Counted from the whole stretch's first letter, positions 25,490 through 38,242 are shown. The stretch is 63,743 nucleotides of DNA, filler included, from Octopus bimaculoides (GCF_001194135.2; 5 parts of 5 records of this genome joined end to end with filler, not necessarily neighbours in it); one strand, 5' to 3'. Numbers and translations: made by a program. Notes: generated by a model from the sequence alone, not told the origin.

Positions 25490-25725
25490 TCTTTACTCTC
25501 TTACTCTTTTACTTGTTTCAGTCATTTGACTGCGGCCATGCTGGAGCACCGCCTTTAGTCAAGAAAATCGACCCCAGGACTTATTCTTTGTAAGCCTAGT
25601 ACTTATTCTATCGATCTCTTTTTGCCGAAGGCTATAGTAGAAGACACTTGCCCAAGGTGCCACGCAGTGGGACTGAACCCGGAACCATGTGGTTCGTAAG
25701 CAAGTTACTTACCACACAGCCACTC
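25490..25725 (-). mobile_element. SINE family A with the central domain deleted
   Basis: Junction TTTTGCCGAA|GGCTATAGTAGAAG joins the 3' and 5' modules, skipping the microsatellite. Confidence 0.88.
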
Positions 25726-25834
25726 CTGTGCCTATTACTTTTAATTTCAAGTCCAACCATATCTTCCCCAATGAATAAGTCTCTTGATCAGGACAGATTT
25801 CTACATTATTTGGAGCAATTTATAACGTCCCAGT

Positions 25835-26200
25835 AAAAGAAATTGTTTTTGTTTTTCTATTTGGTGCATAGATGTAAAGATTTTTCTCACTTCCTACTTG
25901 TCCAATGTAAAGATGACCATGGGTGAAGCAGGGCTCTTCAAGGTGTAAACCAGCAACTGAAAATATTTGCCTTGCAATTTGTTGGTGGTCATGGTAAAAC
26001 TAAGTTTCACTGGAAATTGAAGTCATTTGCACTGAAATGGGACATCATCTCCTGAGTCTATGCGCTTGCCATCTAACTGATGCATGCTATGTTCAAGTCT
26101 CTCCTGAGAATATGTGATGAAGGCATGTGTTCACGTATCAAGTCTATTCCTTCTCTGTTCGGGTGTCATCTGAGCTCGTCACTGATGCTTCATTAGGGTC
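25835..26200 (-). mobile_element. Internally deleted Helitron (RepHel N-terminal motif fused to PIF1-like helicase C-terminus)
   Basis: Minus strand RAQMTPEQRRNRLD ... DVPFQCK*LQFPVKLSFTMTTNKLQG / VAGLHLEEPCFTHGHLYI..VGSEKNLYIYAPNRKTK, matching the Helitron pattern FPVRLAFAMTINKSQG...L.EPCFSHGQLYVA.SRV. Confidence 0.88.
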
Positions 26201-27649
26201 TTTCAACTCTGTTGCTTTAATGAAATTTCAGAGATTTAAAGTTTGATAAATTTTACCCAATCAGAAAACAGGATTTGGAAGCTAGCATTTTCTGCTTGAT
26301 AACAGTTTATCACAAAATGAAAGTAAAAACATTATGAGAAAGTTTTAAACAAAATAAAAGCAATCATGTCAAAAGAAAGAGTCAGGAGTAGCACACATGA
26401 GAAATATACAGAGAAAGAATGGGAGTGTGGTAAATGTATACAGAGAGGGGAAAACCATAAAAATACAGAAAGAGACAGATAGACAGATTGGACTGATATA
26501 GTGATTTAAGGATCTAAAAGTCGAGTTATTTCTCATAGCAAATTATATTTTTTTATTACTAATTACCAAATACATTCCTGCTGGGAAGTGGATTTTGAAA
26601 ATCAAATCTGTTTTTCTCAAGGACACACCATTTCAGAGCCTTTCAGTGATATAAACACATACATACACACATATACTCTCAACTATATAGTAGATACACA
26701 CACACACACACACACACATACAGATGTATTTGTGTGTATATACATGTACATATGTATTTGGGTGCATGTGTTTTCATAAAGAGAGACAGACAGACAGACA
26801 GGGGAGGGATATAAGGAGAGAGGAAGAGGAGAGAGTATCACATTTTATTTTTCTTATGATAATGAGACTTGATACCCTGTGCTCATAGAGTGTGTATATG
26901 TGTGTATTGAAATAGAGGGATTTATTGACACATATTCTTACATGCTTGGATAAGTATACACACACTTATAATGAGACATATAAATAGATACAAAGCAAAG
27001 CACAACACACACAAGCTCACACATAATCACAGATGCAGATAGATACTCACATGCACTCACAAATACATATATATATATATACATTCACAAACATGCACAC
27101 ACACACACACACACACACAAAATATATCTCTTACATACTTTATACCCCTACCCTTAAGCTTTATATACTTTGGTATTTTGTACCATTTTTGTTTTTCAAA
27201 CTTTTTAGTTCAATAAAACAGACTTTGACATTCTTTTTCACACTTAAATGATCATATCCTGAAGAAAATATGTTACATTATTAATGTCATATTTGGTCAA
27301 TATGCCGAGGTAGTAAACTCTTTTCTTAAATATTTATATCACAGTCTGCCTGTTGAATGTAAGGAGTATATCAGAGAAAGAGACTTGCTATTGTCTGAGT
27401 TCATGAACTGGTTTCACTTCTTTTTCTATTTCTAAAACTCCTGCTTTACAAGATTATTACTTATGCATTAAGGAATATCTTCATAGTGGCTTGATCCCTT
27501 AAAAACAGCAATCAAATTTCTCTTAAATCACACCTAAACTATCTGCTTAAATCACGCTCTATATCAAAATGTCTTAGACTAACTACACTGGATAAAGTAA
27601 AATAATTCTTTTCGAAATACTGGATCTGGAAGCACATAAAACTATAAAA

Positions 27650-28078
27650 AATGATTTTGAATTTTGGTGGGGTTAAGCCAGTTACATCGACCCCAATGTT
27701 CTACTAACTGGTACTTAATTTATTGATCCCAAATAGATGAAAAGCAAAGTCAACCTCAGCAGAATTTGAACTCAGAACATGAAGATGGATGAAATACTGC
27801 TAAGCATCTTGCCAACATACTAACAATTCTGCCAGTTCACCAACTTGCATAAAGCTATAAATAATGGTTTCAAATTTTGGCACAAAGCTAGCATTTTCAG
27901 GGGAGGGGGTAAGTCAATTACATCAACCCCGGTGCTCAACTAGTACTTACTTTATCAACTCCGAAAGGATGAAAAGCAAAGTTGACTTCGGTGGAATTTG
28001 AATTCAGAATGCAAAGATAGACTAAATGTTGCTAAGCATTTTGCCTGGCATGCTAAAATTCTGCCAACTCACTGCCTT
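27650..28078 (-). mobile_element. Two tandem SINE family B copies
   Basis: Family B cores at about 27655-27845 and 27864-28077; TAAAGCTATAAATA repeats flank the second copy. Confidence 0.88.
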
Positions 28079-28764
28079 AAAGCTATAAATATTAGCATGT
28101 AAATATTGGGTATCAAAACTCTTTTGGACAAAAAAGTCAAAGGCTGTAACGGGAAGACTACCAATGATAGAGCACCTGTCATGTCAACAGGAAATGTGGG
28201 TTTCTGTCCTACAGCCAGTCTTTGACATTTTCTACCCAAAAGGATTTTTCAGTCCAATATTTACATGCAACTATTTATAGCTTTATTTGCTTCAAGTTTC
28301 ACAGTCCCTAAAATTATTGGATGATGTAGTTTAAAATATAAAAGAGCTAAAAGAAAAAACAAAAGGGTTCATGGATGAATGCTTTTGATCAAAGGTAAGT
28401 TCAATCACAACCAACGTGGAGCTAAAGAAAAAAAACTGAGTGTAACAATGATCATAGGTACAATGATCATAGGTACATAGGTATTAGTTTATAATCTGAA
28501 GAGATATGTCATAGGGTTTGACGTAGTCTTTCATGAATGCTCTTTGTAAATATTTATGAATATACACACTTGACCTTTTGAATCTATTCACTGTTTCACA
28601 AAAAGAGGTTTTTATATAGTTGGAGTTAAGAAACTGGTTTCAGTTTTACTTTGAAGTCAATTCATATGAAAAATATATAAACGTTACACATTCTCATTTT
28701 CCAATTTGGTATTATGTTACTAGAATACACCACAACTACAACAATATCAAGCCAATGGGTGAAC

Positions 28765-29220
28765 CACTATGGGGTACAGTACTGAAGGACAATCTCAAAA
28801 TGTTGGACCTTACAAAGGAGATGACAGAGGACCAAGATATGTGACTAATTACTGTACTTGAGAAGATTTGCACAATATAACAGAATTAAGATCCTAAAAC
28901 CAAGGTACCACATAGAAAGCAGCCAGTACACTCTGAGGAGTGTTTGACATCAGGAAGGACATCCAGCTAAGTAAAAACAGCCTGTGGTCCTTGGCCTTGT
29001 GAGTTCCTGTCATGCCGTCCAACCTGCGCCAGCATGGAAAAAGAAAGTTTAATGTTGATGATGATGATGATGATAATTATGATGTATATGCACACGCATG
29101 CTGTAAAGTGGTTGGTCATAGTAAAAACTTCTACCTGTATAAAACATGCCAAAGCAAACACTGGAGAATGACATGATCTGACAACTCATGAGATCCTGTC
29201 AAAACATCCAGCCCATGCCC
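28765..29220 (+). mobile_element. RTE LINE 3' end (coding tail, UTR, second tail)
   Basis: WGTVLKDNLKMLDLTKEMTEDQDM* ITVLEKI then GGAAGGACATCCAGC...GCATGGAAA..(GAT)n. Confidence 0.8.
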
Positions 29221-29329
29221 ACACACATATATGCAGCTATACATATATATGTATATATATATTCATATATATATATATGTATGTATGTATGTATATATAT
29301 ATATGTGTATATATATATATATATATATA

Positions 29330-29429
29330 NNNNNNNNNNNNNNNNNNNNNNNNNNNNNNNNNNNNNNNNNNNNTTAATTAATTAANNNNNNNNNNNNNNN
29401 NNNNNNNNNNNNNNNNNNNNNNNNNNNNN
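29330..29429. other. Artificial scaffold-join linker
   Basis: 44 N + TTAATTAATTAA (29374-29385) + 44 N. Confidence 0.95.
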
Positions 29430-30517
29430 TGTGTGTGTGTTTACTTCTTGTTACATCTGGTTAATATCTTTGCAGTTGTAGCCAGTAGCTTTGAATATCC
29501 CACATCATAAACACGTGACTGATCTTCTTAGTTCCTGAAACCAATCAAGAAAATAGATGCCTTCGTTGTTATTCGCGATGATGATGATGATGATGATGAT
29601 GATGGTGATGAAGATGATGATGATGATGATGATGATGAAGATGATGATGATGGTGGTGGTCGTGGTGGTCGTGGTGGTGATGATGATATTGGTGATGATA
29701 TTTTTCGTACATTATTAGTGGTTTTCCTGCTCATATATCATTTGATATCGTTATATAACTCTATAGGCATACTCTATATTTTACGAGTAAATACAAACAT
29801 ATATACGTATACATATATTTATACATATGAGTGTATGTGTGTGGGGGAGGTATCTATGTATACATATGGTTATGCACTTCTAAGTTTCTATGGCATTGCA
29901 AATATATATATATATTTATAATCAAAACCAACAAATAGATGAAGCAGGTAACAGACAACAATACATTCACAGTTAGATGATACAAAAAAGGACAGGAAAT
30001 ATATACGTACATACATATATATACTCATACATATATGTGTGGATGTGTATGTGATATATATATANNNNNNNNNNNNNNNNNNNNNNNNNNNNNNNNNNNN
30101 NNNNNNNNNNNNNNNNNNNNNNNNNNNNNNNNNNNNNNNNNNNNNNNNNNNNNNNNNNNNNNNNNNNNNNNNNNNNNNNNNNNNNNNNNNNNNNNNNNNN
30201 NNNNNNNNNNNNNNNNNNNNNNNNNNNNNNNNNNNNNNNNNNNNNNNNNNNNNNNNNNNNNNNNNNNNNNNNNNNNNNNNNNNNNNNNNNNNNNNNNNNN
30301 NNNNNNNNNNNNNNNNNNNNNNNNNNNNNNNNNNNNNNNNNNNNNNNNNNNNNNNNNNNNNNNNNNNNNNNNNNNNNNNNNNNNNNNNNNNNNNNNNNNN
30401 NNNNNNNNNNNNNNNNNNNNNNNNNNNNNNNNNNNNNNNNNNNNNNNNNNNNNNNNNNNNNNNNNNNNNNNNNNNNNNNNNNNNNNNNNNNNNNNNNNNN
30501 NNNNNNNNNNNNNNNNN

Positions 30518-30552
<35 letters not shown>

Positions 30553-30555
<3 letters not shown>

Positions 30556-30680
30556 AGAATTCGCAAAAAAACAACTGATGAAGACAGGTGGTGTTGAAAA
30601 CAAAAATAGATGTATTAGTATAACGCTCGGGAATTGAGAAAGTCTTTAACGTTTCAAGCCTATGCTTCTACAGAATACAC
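30553..30680 (-). mobile_element. PLE pseudo-LTR-type repeat with a hammerhead-like relic (30644-30676)
   Basis: Minus strand CTGTAGA-AGC-ATAG-GCT-T-GAAAC-GTT-AAAG, then a pyrimidine-rich tract ending in (TA)n. Confidence 0.55.
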
Positions 30681-31160
30681 ATTCCTTTTAACTAGAAAAG
30701 CAATCATTTTACGAAAGAAGAAATCATTACTTTGAACAATTTAAACGTCATGATTAACGACAGCAGCAAGTCTACCAAGTAATACATACATACCACACAC
30801 GTATCCCCTAAGCGGCCTATTGAACACAGCTTTTCAGTTTAGTTGTAGAAAAAGCAGTTTCGACCCATTCTTGCAATAATAATTACCAATTACCCTAAGT
30901 GCAAATAAAAGTATGTGCCTGGCTCAACTGCGTGACAAAGAAAGTTGCATCCTTACTCAATCGCGTGTCAAAATGTTTCTAGAATCATATCTTAGTTTCT
31001 CGGAGATACAGAAGACCTTCTGATGTCCACGAATTACAGGTAACTCTGATTAAAAATGCAGAACATCTTCTGTATCAGCCAAATAAAACACTGCGGTGCC
31101 ATCGTTTAAATTCAAAGCTGAAAACAAAACAAAGAATCAGATCAAGTTGCTGCGCTGCAC

Positions 31161-31700
31161 ATCAATCCAGAGATTCAGGCCATTATATTCAACACAATGG
31201 CCAAAATAAAGGATGTTGGCGATGAAGTTGGTTGTTAGTTCGTTGCCGAATATTGTGCCTCATTGCTTACACTCTACAGACTGCGAAGTAACCAAGGATG
31301 ATATTTGATCGGGTGAGCTAATATGGATATGAAAGTTCTCGTGACTTCGGAAGGGCACAGACCCATTCCGAATCTATGTTTCTTTGGGAATCTAGAAAAA
31401 CAGAAAAGCTAAGAGAATGTCACAGACTCGATAGCCTTGCTGATAGTTGCCACGATTATGGAGGTAATGGTACCTTGAGGGCTTGTTTTAGCCGAGAGAA
31501 TCGTACAGAAGAGAATGCTATAACTTCAGGCCACAGGACAAGCTATTCCTCAAGGTCCCACTGATCACGCTTCTGGAATAACAGAAGAGATCTCTTTGTC
31601 CAAAGACGTGACGAATAGGAAGTTGATTCTAATCCGACTAAGAAATCCGGGACAAAGAAGCAGAGACCACTTCCCAATAGTAGCATCATTCCTTTTTAAA
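31161..31700 (+). pseudogene. Possible decayed intronless calpain (CysPc) catalytic-domain relic
   Basis: Single frame: DEVGC*FVAEYCASL (Cys at 31233), LEK, IPQGPTDHASGIT (His at 31566), RKLILIRLRNP-GQ (Asn at 31644); six stops; C-H spacing shorter than canonical. Confidence 0.35.
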
Positions 31701-31984
31701 TGATATACGGAACTGATCTAAGCCGTGTATTAGAAGATTGTTCTAAAAGTTTTCATATTTCTTTAAAATATATTATTTTTAATTATAAATTCACCTAATA
31801 ATTTTGTATAATCTTTTAGCGTGCATTTAAAGTTCTTAATATCTTGTGTGATACTCCATCATTTTATATGACTATTGGACATCTTTACATATTTCTGTAA
31901 ACCCTTTCTAAAAATTATGTTATGTATGAAAGATCTGTGATTGCAAATAAATGAAGCAGTTATTTTATTTATACATTTTGTAGA

Positions 31985-32890
31985 CAGATCATGAGCGACT
32001 TTTACAACAAAGGTGTTAGCCATACCCAATGACCAAAAGTCTTGTAATATTCTTTCGTTAGCTCGATTTCTTGTACCTTCTTTAGCACCATTGCAGTTCC
32101 TTATCCAGTTTCAGTAATAATGTTCAAATTTCAATCCCAATTTTCTTCAACCATCATTTCATTGTATTTGTAACTGGGCTCTACCATTGGCACAATTTTA
32201 ACTTTACCCAGGTACCGCATTCTTTCAACCTCTTTGTTAACATATTTGCATCGCTCAATTTTTGAATTTTAAAAATATATTTTATACAACTGTCATCTGG
32301 AATGCCATATGCAGTGATACTACATATCTGTTATTACAAAGTGTCTTTCCTAATCATTGATAGCAATAATGTCTGGTCCTCTTGCCACAGCTACTTGATT
32401 ACAATTAGACAATAAAATCCTGCATCTTTACATCCTCATTTTCCTGTTCATCATACGGTAGATATTCGTGCCATTTCTCAGCTTCGTCCAAATATTTTTT
32501 TACATAGTCTCCAATGAATAATGCATGAAATATTGTTCTGCTTCTTTTGCTATTCTCTTTGTGCAAGCTTACTGCATTCGTTTACACCTTATCTAACTCT
32601 TTAACCTCTTCCATCACAAGCTCTATATAAGAATGATTCGATGTTCTTATGACCGTGACGTATCACATAGATCATTCTAATTGTTTGTTCTCGTGCTGCT
32701 TCGATTAATGTTTCAGATCCAATCTTTGGATCTCATGTTCACATCCATTCCCATGTCCATTGGTTATCCTCACCTTTGCTTATATTTCTGACAAACTATC
32801 CAAACATAGCTTCATCATCCCACTATGTTTCGTTTTTCCTTAAATGTGATTATTCACTACTCGTCTTTTCCATGTTTATCGTTAATGAAA
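31985..32890 (-). mobile_element. R4/Dong-clade non-LTR retrotransposon 3' fragment (CCHC + REL endonuclease), decayed
   Basis: FG*FVRNI...WEW...SETLIEAAREQTIR...YRACDG...NECSKLAQRE...IHWRLCKK...EKWHEY...ENEDVK...ARGPDIIAI...KVKIVPMV...GTAMVLKKVQEI, matching the Dong/R4 C-terminal consensus. Confidence 0.9.
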
Positions 32891-33170
32891 AATTCCTTTT
32901 TTATATTGTACGGTTTGGGACATTGGCGTGCCGTCTCCCACACACTGACATACGCGTGTTTATCACATGTACACTCATTTAACTTGAAATTTTAAAAAAA
33001 TTACTTTTCGCTGGACACGTTTCTATGTTTTACTTCTGTAACATGAATTCTTCATCTAGCTTTACTGTCCCAAGCTTTTGAAATGTGTTTTCGAAAATTT
33101 TGCTTGCAAAAACATCAATTTATAAAACAAATTTAACAAACAGCATGAAGATAAACGACAACCAGCAAAG

Positions 33171-33232
33171 ATGACAGCAACAAAACTAATATATCTTTTG
33201 TTAATGCTACAAACCAGACGAATTGTGAATAG
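33171..33232 (+). CDS. Candidate signal-peptide-like first exon (MTATKLIYLLLMLQTRRIVN)
   Basis: CAAAG-ATG context, hydrophobic core, strong donor AG|GTGAGT; no compatible downstream exon identified. Confidence 0.2.
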
Positions 33233-34049
33233 GTGAGTTGCATCTAGATAAGAAATTGATATACCTGTTTTTGAACAACGGAGATGATTCCAAAGATTAA
33301 AAAAAGACAGGTCTTTCACGATATCTGTCTCCTTGCTTTGTGATTTTGTCAAAGAAAGTACAACAAGGAAAGTGAAATATCTGTAAGAAAGTGGAAAGGT
33401 TTTCAGTGTCTTCAAAGCAGTTGAAGGAAGTTCTGGCTTCAGTGTGAAATAGTATTTTCCATCGAACGAGGAATGCCATGTATATATAGCTGGATTTTAT
33501 GATCAAGTATGAAATCAAATGACAGGTTAAATTGGAAACGACTATAATATTTGTACTGCAATACATGGAGTGATGGAATACAATAGTCAAAGAAGTGGAT
33601 ATTAGCAGTGAAATTCATCCTTGTATAACATTAGCAGTGCAGTAAGGGAATGTTGTGAGAACTAAAGTGACTAGAAATGACATTGTCCTGTTAGAGATTT
33701 CAAAGGAAGTGTGTTACATTCTTGTTTTTATTTTAAAGTACATTAAGTCATCAATTTTGTGCACTTCTAGTATATTTATAAAACCAGATTATTTAAAACC
33801 TAATTCGAGATATGTTTTTTAATCCAAGGACAGACTAATACTGTTTGTCTACTTTCGGGTAATCTAAATCCATCTTGTTAACAAGGATATAGTCAATAAT
33901 TTATAGACGTTAGAAATATCTCACTACCATTCTATTCTACTACATAAATCCAGTTGTTTCTTTGTAAATGATCAATGGTTGGACAATATTCGAGTGAGTA
34001 GTTTATAAATTAATGTTTAATAGATGAAGGGTTGGTAGTTAGCTGGACT

Positions 34050-34260
34050 AATAGTTTTATTAGTCTGTAGTTAGGTCAGAAGTTAGATAGATTGGTTAGC
34101 ATTTAGATAGATCAATAGACAAGTCAGTAGTTAGGTAGGTTAGTAGTAACATTGATCAATAGCTACATAGGCCAGCACTTGACATTGGTCGGTAATTAGT
34201 TATGTCAGTATTTAGAAGGGTCGATCAGTAGGCAGAGGGATTAGAAGTTAGATGAGGTTT
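34050..34260. repeat. Ancient degenerate (TTAG/ATAG)-type tetranucleotide tract
   Basis: Period-4 TAG-rich sequence. Confidence 0.7.
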
Positions 34261-34601
34261 TAGTCACACGAATCATGCTGATTTTTTCTTGAAGATCATT
34301 GTAGAGGAATATTGTTATTATTATTGAGAGGTAATGTTTATTGACACTTAAACGTCGATGTTTTATCGCAACAAACTTTACTGCAGTAGATACCACGAGA
34401 GAAACTCTCATATAGGCCTTTGATGCAAAATGCTCGGTTGTTTTGCATCGCTGGCAGGGAAATAAATCCCCGCTACCTCCAGCGCCGAGACCACAAGATA
34501 ACGTGATTTCGACCTTCCTTGATCTTATCGGTGATGGACTCTCAGCCGCTAGAGATCACAGCGACTCTTCTCCCCGCAAGCGAAATATAGAACATCCTTA
34601 C

Positions 34602-34689
34602 CTATTGCAGAAAGGATTATTATCAATGTTAGTATTGTTTCTGATGACGACGAGTGCGACGATATTGACGACGTTTCATTTTGTGCCAT
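34602..34689 (-). CDS. Candidate first coding exon MAQNETSSISSHSSSSETILTLIIILSAI-G (GPCR N-terminus/TM1-like or signal anchor)
   Basis: GTA-ATG-G context with an in-frame upstream stop, N-E-T sequon, hydrophobic stretch, donor G|GTAAGG, CpG-rich unique context. Confidence 0.35.
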
Positions 34690-35616
34690 TACATCGTTTC
34701 AGATCCGGTCAAATAAATACCAGTAAGATATTTGTGCTAATCATATCGATCTCTCCACCAAACTGACTCTCGTGTGTGGTAGTCATGTTTAAACACAAAG
34801 TATTCCTTTACTTCATATGATATTTTAGTTAATATCCATTACTGGATATCTTTATTTAGCAGAAACTGTTGTGATATACTGCTCCCATAGGCTTCCTTTC
34901 GCTGATATACTTCATTTCGAGTATAGTGCTTGCCTTACATTACAAAATGCCTCCGTTACTAAATGCAATTATTTAAAACCTAAAAGTACAGCTGGAAGTG
35001 TCACAGCAGATGTAATATCTTCCACGAAACACAACTAAATATTATATCAGGTATGAAGCGCAATATTAAACACGATACATCTTCAGAACATTTATATGCA
35101 GATATAAGAATATTAGTGACGACCGATCTATATCTTACAATGCTTGCCAAAATAGCTTATAGAATTATCTTAGAATGAGTAAAAAGAAAAGTAAAGAATC
35201 GTTTAGAATGAGTTTTCTAGATCTTCATAAGGATAATGCGTCGATAAGAGTCCTAGATTTCCTGTAACCTTTAAGGTATATCGCAGGTTCAGGAAGTTAG
35301 GGTGAAATAAATATCTAAATGTAGTAAATATTCAAAACGTTTTTCAAAACCGAGCCATGTTGTAACTATAGAACTTTTACAGAAAGGGTAGTGGGTGGGG
35401 GAAATACTCATAAGAAATGCAGAATACGTAGGTCTAAGAATAAAACCAGGAAGAATGAAATCACTCACTATTATAATAAAATCAATAGTTTATTCGCAAA
35501 ACCTCCCGTGTCACAGAAAACACTACTGTTTGTGGAGGAAGAGTATGAATGGAATAATTTTCTCTTTATAATTTCGGCTAATGTTAGGCTTCAAATAAAA
35601 AAAAAAGCAGTATTCA

Positions 35617-35617
35617 C

Positions 35618-35661
<44 letters not shown>

Positions 35662-35671
35662 ATTATTATTA

Positions 35672-35708
<37 letters not shown>

Positions 35709-35758
35709 CATTATTATCATCATCATCATCATCATCATTATTATTATCATTATTATTA

Positions 35759-35829
<71 letters not shown>

Positions 35830-35844
35830 NNNNNNNNNNTTCAC

Positions 35845-35888
<44 letters not shown>

Positions 35889-35898
35889 ATTATTATTA

Positions 35899-35966
<68 letters not shown>

Positions 35967-36242
35967 GATGCTGCTGTTGTTGATGATGATATTAGTACTA
36001 TTATTAGAGCTATCATCATATCACCATCATCCTCATCATCATCGTCGTCATCACCATTCTCATTCTCATCATCGTCCTCATCATCACCATCATCGTCATC
36101 ATCAACATTTTCATTACCATCGTTATTATTGTTGTTGTTGTTGCTATTATTGTATATATTATCAATGTTATTAATATTTTATTCTTATTATTGTCATCAT
36201 TATTAATTATTATCATCATCATCATTATCATTATCATTATCA

Positions 36243-36300
<58 letters not shown>

Positions 36301-36863
36301 CATTATTATTTTATTTTCATCGTCATCATTACTATTGTTGATTTTGTTGTTGCTGTTGTTATACATATGATATTATTTATATTAATATTTCATTTTTATC
36401 ATCACCATCATCATCATCATCATTATCATTATCATCATCATCATCATCTTCATCATTATCATCTTCATCATCATTCATTCATTTATTTGCTTTAATCTTT
36501 TTATTTTATTTATTTATTTTTTTTTTTTACTCCTCCGTCAACTTTACTATTTCTTAACACTCTTGCTAACTTACGTGATGACAAAGTCATGAATATCGGG
36601 CAAAAATATTATTTAATCAATGTGTGGCATCTGCCAGTAGATATATATATATATATTTTTTCCTTCCCCTTCCAAGCTGTCTGCCACTACAGATATTTTC
36701 ATTTGCAATAAACATTTGCACCTAATGTTTTACCGATTGCTCTTTCTCTCTCTTATGCCACTCTGCATTAAATATTCACTACGTTTTGCATCAGAAACTC
36801 ATAACTAGCCATTTTTATATAAACAGGAAAACAGCAACAATTGATTTTCTTATTCTTGTTATT

Positions 36864-36918
<55 letters not shown>

Positions 36919-37065
36919 CTGCCATTGCTGTAGTTGCTATATTGTTATCAGTGGTATTATTATCACCACCACCGTAACCATCACCTTCGTCATCGACATT
37001 AACGTCGACCTTGTTGTCATTGCCAGCGTTTTTATCCTTGTCGTCAATGTCATCACCATCATCAA

Positions 37066-37108
<43 letters not shown>

Positions 37109-37231
37109 GTTGTCGGAGAGGCGTCATCGTTCACGCCGTCGTCAGCATCTTCATCGTCGCTGTCGTTGTCATTGTTATCACCGTCGTCGTCGTCGTCGTC
37201 ATCTTCGTTGTCGTTGTCGTTGTCATCATCG

Positions 37232-37270
<39 letters not shown>

Positions 37271-37309
37271 ATGTTTCCTGTGAGCCCTTAGTGGTAAATA
37301 AAGGAAGCG

Positions 37310-37383
<74 letters not shown>

Positions 37384-37550
37384 ATCATCATCATTATTAC
37401 TGTTATGATTATTACTACCATTGTTGTTATTATTATTATAATCATTATTATTAATTGTTGTTGTTGTTATTATTATTATTAATATTATTATTATTATTAT
37501 TATTATTATTGCTATTGTTATTATTAGTATTGTTGTTAGTGTTATTAAGT
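35617..37550. repeat. About 2-kb compound trinucleotide microsatellite field (ATT/ATC/GTT/GTC) with a unique island at about 36480-36850
   Basis: Direct inspection. Confidence 0.95.
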
Positions 37551-38209
37551 CCTATGATTTTTGATCATACTTTATTGTGTAACACTTCGTGACAAGTACA
37601 CCTCATATATATATATCCTGGCAAATTATCATTCCATCACCTTGGAAAATTCAATATGCTTACCTCTCTCTTTCTCTCTCTTTCTCTCTCTCCTTCTCTC
37701 TGTTTTCCGTCTTTTTTTTTTTTTGTAATTAATTAATTTTTTACGAGATGCTTCTTTATTCCAATAGAATTTCTTCCATAAATTATAAGAACTATTCTGG
37801 TGCCTACCTAATTTCTCTTCGAATCACTTCAACACCGAAATATACTGACAAAATATTTTTAGATGTTTAGCAGCGCTCGTGCACAAATTAATTCTCTACA
37901 CAAATAACATTACGAAATGTTTGTGAGTAATTTGTATCGGAGAAATCTCTTTAAATATATATTTAGTTCGGTGTTATCATCACCACCCGCACCACTACCA
38001 TCACCACTGCTTTTGCTCATCACACATCAACACCAACCAACTACCACTATCACCACCACTACCAATACTGTTCCCCGCCACCGTCACGACACACCGATAA
38101 CTTCATTACCTCTATTCATATCTCCATCAATAAAACCTCACCGAGGTAAACAGCGATACTCTAAATAAATCTCAAAGATTCTTTCTGACTGGCTTTAACA
38201 ATATAGGTT

Positions 38210-38242
<33 letters not shown>

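Noticed and set aside
28350-28400. Strong + strand donor AAAG|GTAAGT suggesting an exon
   Set aside because: It lies within a family D repeat fragment and has no acceptable acceptor.
30563-30600. Plus-strand CTGATGA...GAAAAC hammerhead
   Set aside because: No stem II or stem III pairing.
33050-33560. Possible continuation of the calpain relic (domain III) beyond the Dong insertion
   Set aside because: Only scattered 3-4 residue resemblances across different frames; indistinguishable from chance by eye.
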